DNA from: an uncultured Pseudomonadota bacterium
GTDB lineage: Bacteria; Pseudomonadota; Alphaproteobacteria; Rs-D84; CACZYB01
Direction: 5' to 3'
NCBI GenBank assembly: GCA_902785275.1
Contig: CACZYB010000007.1
Coordinates: 1-49,502, forward strand
Length of the DNA: 49,502 bases
Below the pieces are notes generated by a model, which was given only the letters and a program-made list of their open reading frames with translations, made no database searches and was not told the origin of the DNA. Both the position numbers and the translations under genes were made by a program. How positions within the stretch are numbered: position 1 is the stretch's first letter; each line of letters begins with the position of its first letter. Positions 49,030-49,502 of the stretch are shown here, piece by piece.

Positions 49030-49184
49030 ACATTTCTTTTTGTTTACACATTTCATCCAATACCAGAAATACAAAATTTTCAGTTTCTTCGACAAAATTT
49101 CTTACTTTTAAAGATAAAAAGGAATATATTGAAAAACGTATACTTTAAAGGAAAATTTAAAGTTTTTGTTTACGTGGTTCCATT

Positions 49185-49403
49185 ATGTTCAATATCTTTA
49201 AAAACAAAGATTATCTACCGACATATTGTAAATTAGAAGCATGTTCTTTATGCCAACTTAATTGCAGAACTTGTTTTATGAGATTAAAAAATTATGGAAA
49301 AATTGGTAAAGGTTATTTAACAGCAAAAAATTTTGAAAAATTTCTTAAATTAAACCCTCAAATAAAAAAAATTGAATTATCAAATTCGGTAAGTTTTTCA
49401 TAA
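49185..49403 (+). pseudogene. Truncated radical SAM protein (N-terminal fragment)
   Basis: CQLNCRTC (CxxxCxxC), then a stop after IELSNS where GE would be expected; only 72 aa. Confidence 0.7.
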
Positions 49404-49475
49404 AAATTTCTCCATTTTACATTCAATAAAAATCCTTATATCGGTTATATTAAGAATAAATCAAGGGAACAAATT

Positions 49476-49502
49476 ATGAAATCAAAAATATAACCAATCT
49501 TT
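49476..49502 (+). CDS. Possible start of the next gene (partial)
   Basis: AAGGGA RBS then ATG AAA TCA, open to the window edge. Confidence 0.35.

Overview
AT-rich bacterial chromosome segment. The housekeeping genes (lpxA-lpxI, lptE-holA, an Atu1826-type alpha/beta hydrolase, mltA, yidD-yidC-engB, tRNA-Met with an A32 anticodon loop) point to an alphaproteobacterium, probably an uncultured host-associated lineage (inference). The left 6.4 kb is the 5' part of a two-partner-secretion (FHA/CdiA-like) exoprotein gene on the minus strand; it runs off the window edge and is absent from the ORF track. The rest is core genes (rluB, holA, lptE, aroK, an OmpR/EnvZ-like pair, thyX, pgk, tsaD, xseA, comM, nrdR, murA, mrcA, rnhA, tkt, lpxI, lpxA, engB, yidC, yidD, birA, mltA) in strongly shuffled order, interspersed with orphans. 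The best candidate for an undescribed system is 14267-16738. It comprises a sigma70-like promoter with an A9 spacer tract, a ~245-nt multi-stem leader with competing pairings, a small secreted 7-Cys protein, a 591-aa eukaryote-like CxxC-repeat/Gly-rich protein (37 Cys) and a strong terminator. Also notable are two apparent pseudo-proteins (a hydrolase lacking catalytic Ser and His; an OmpA domain lacking the peptidoglycan-binding Asp and Arg), a RusA-like orphan, an LRR-like repeat protein, an unannotated 57-aa gene and a truncated radical-SAM remnant. No CRISPR array, rRNA, integrase or transposase was seen. All calls are by eye; no searches were run.
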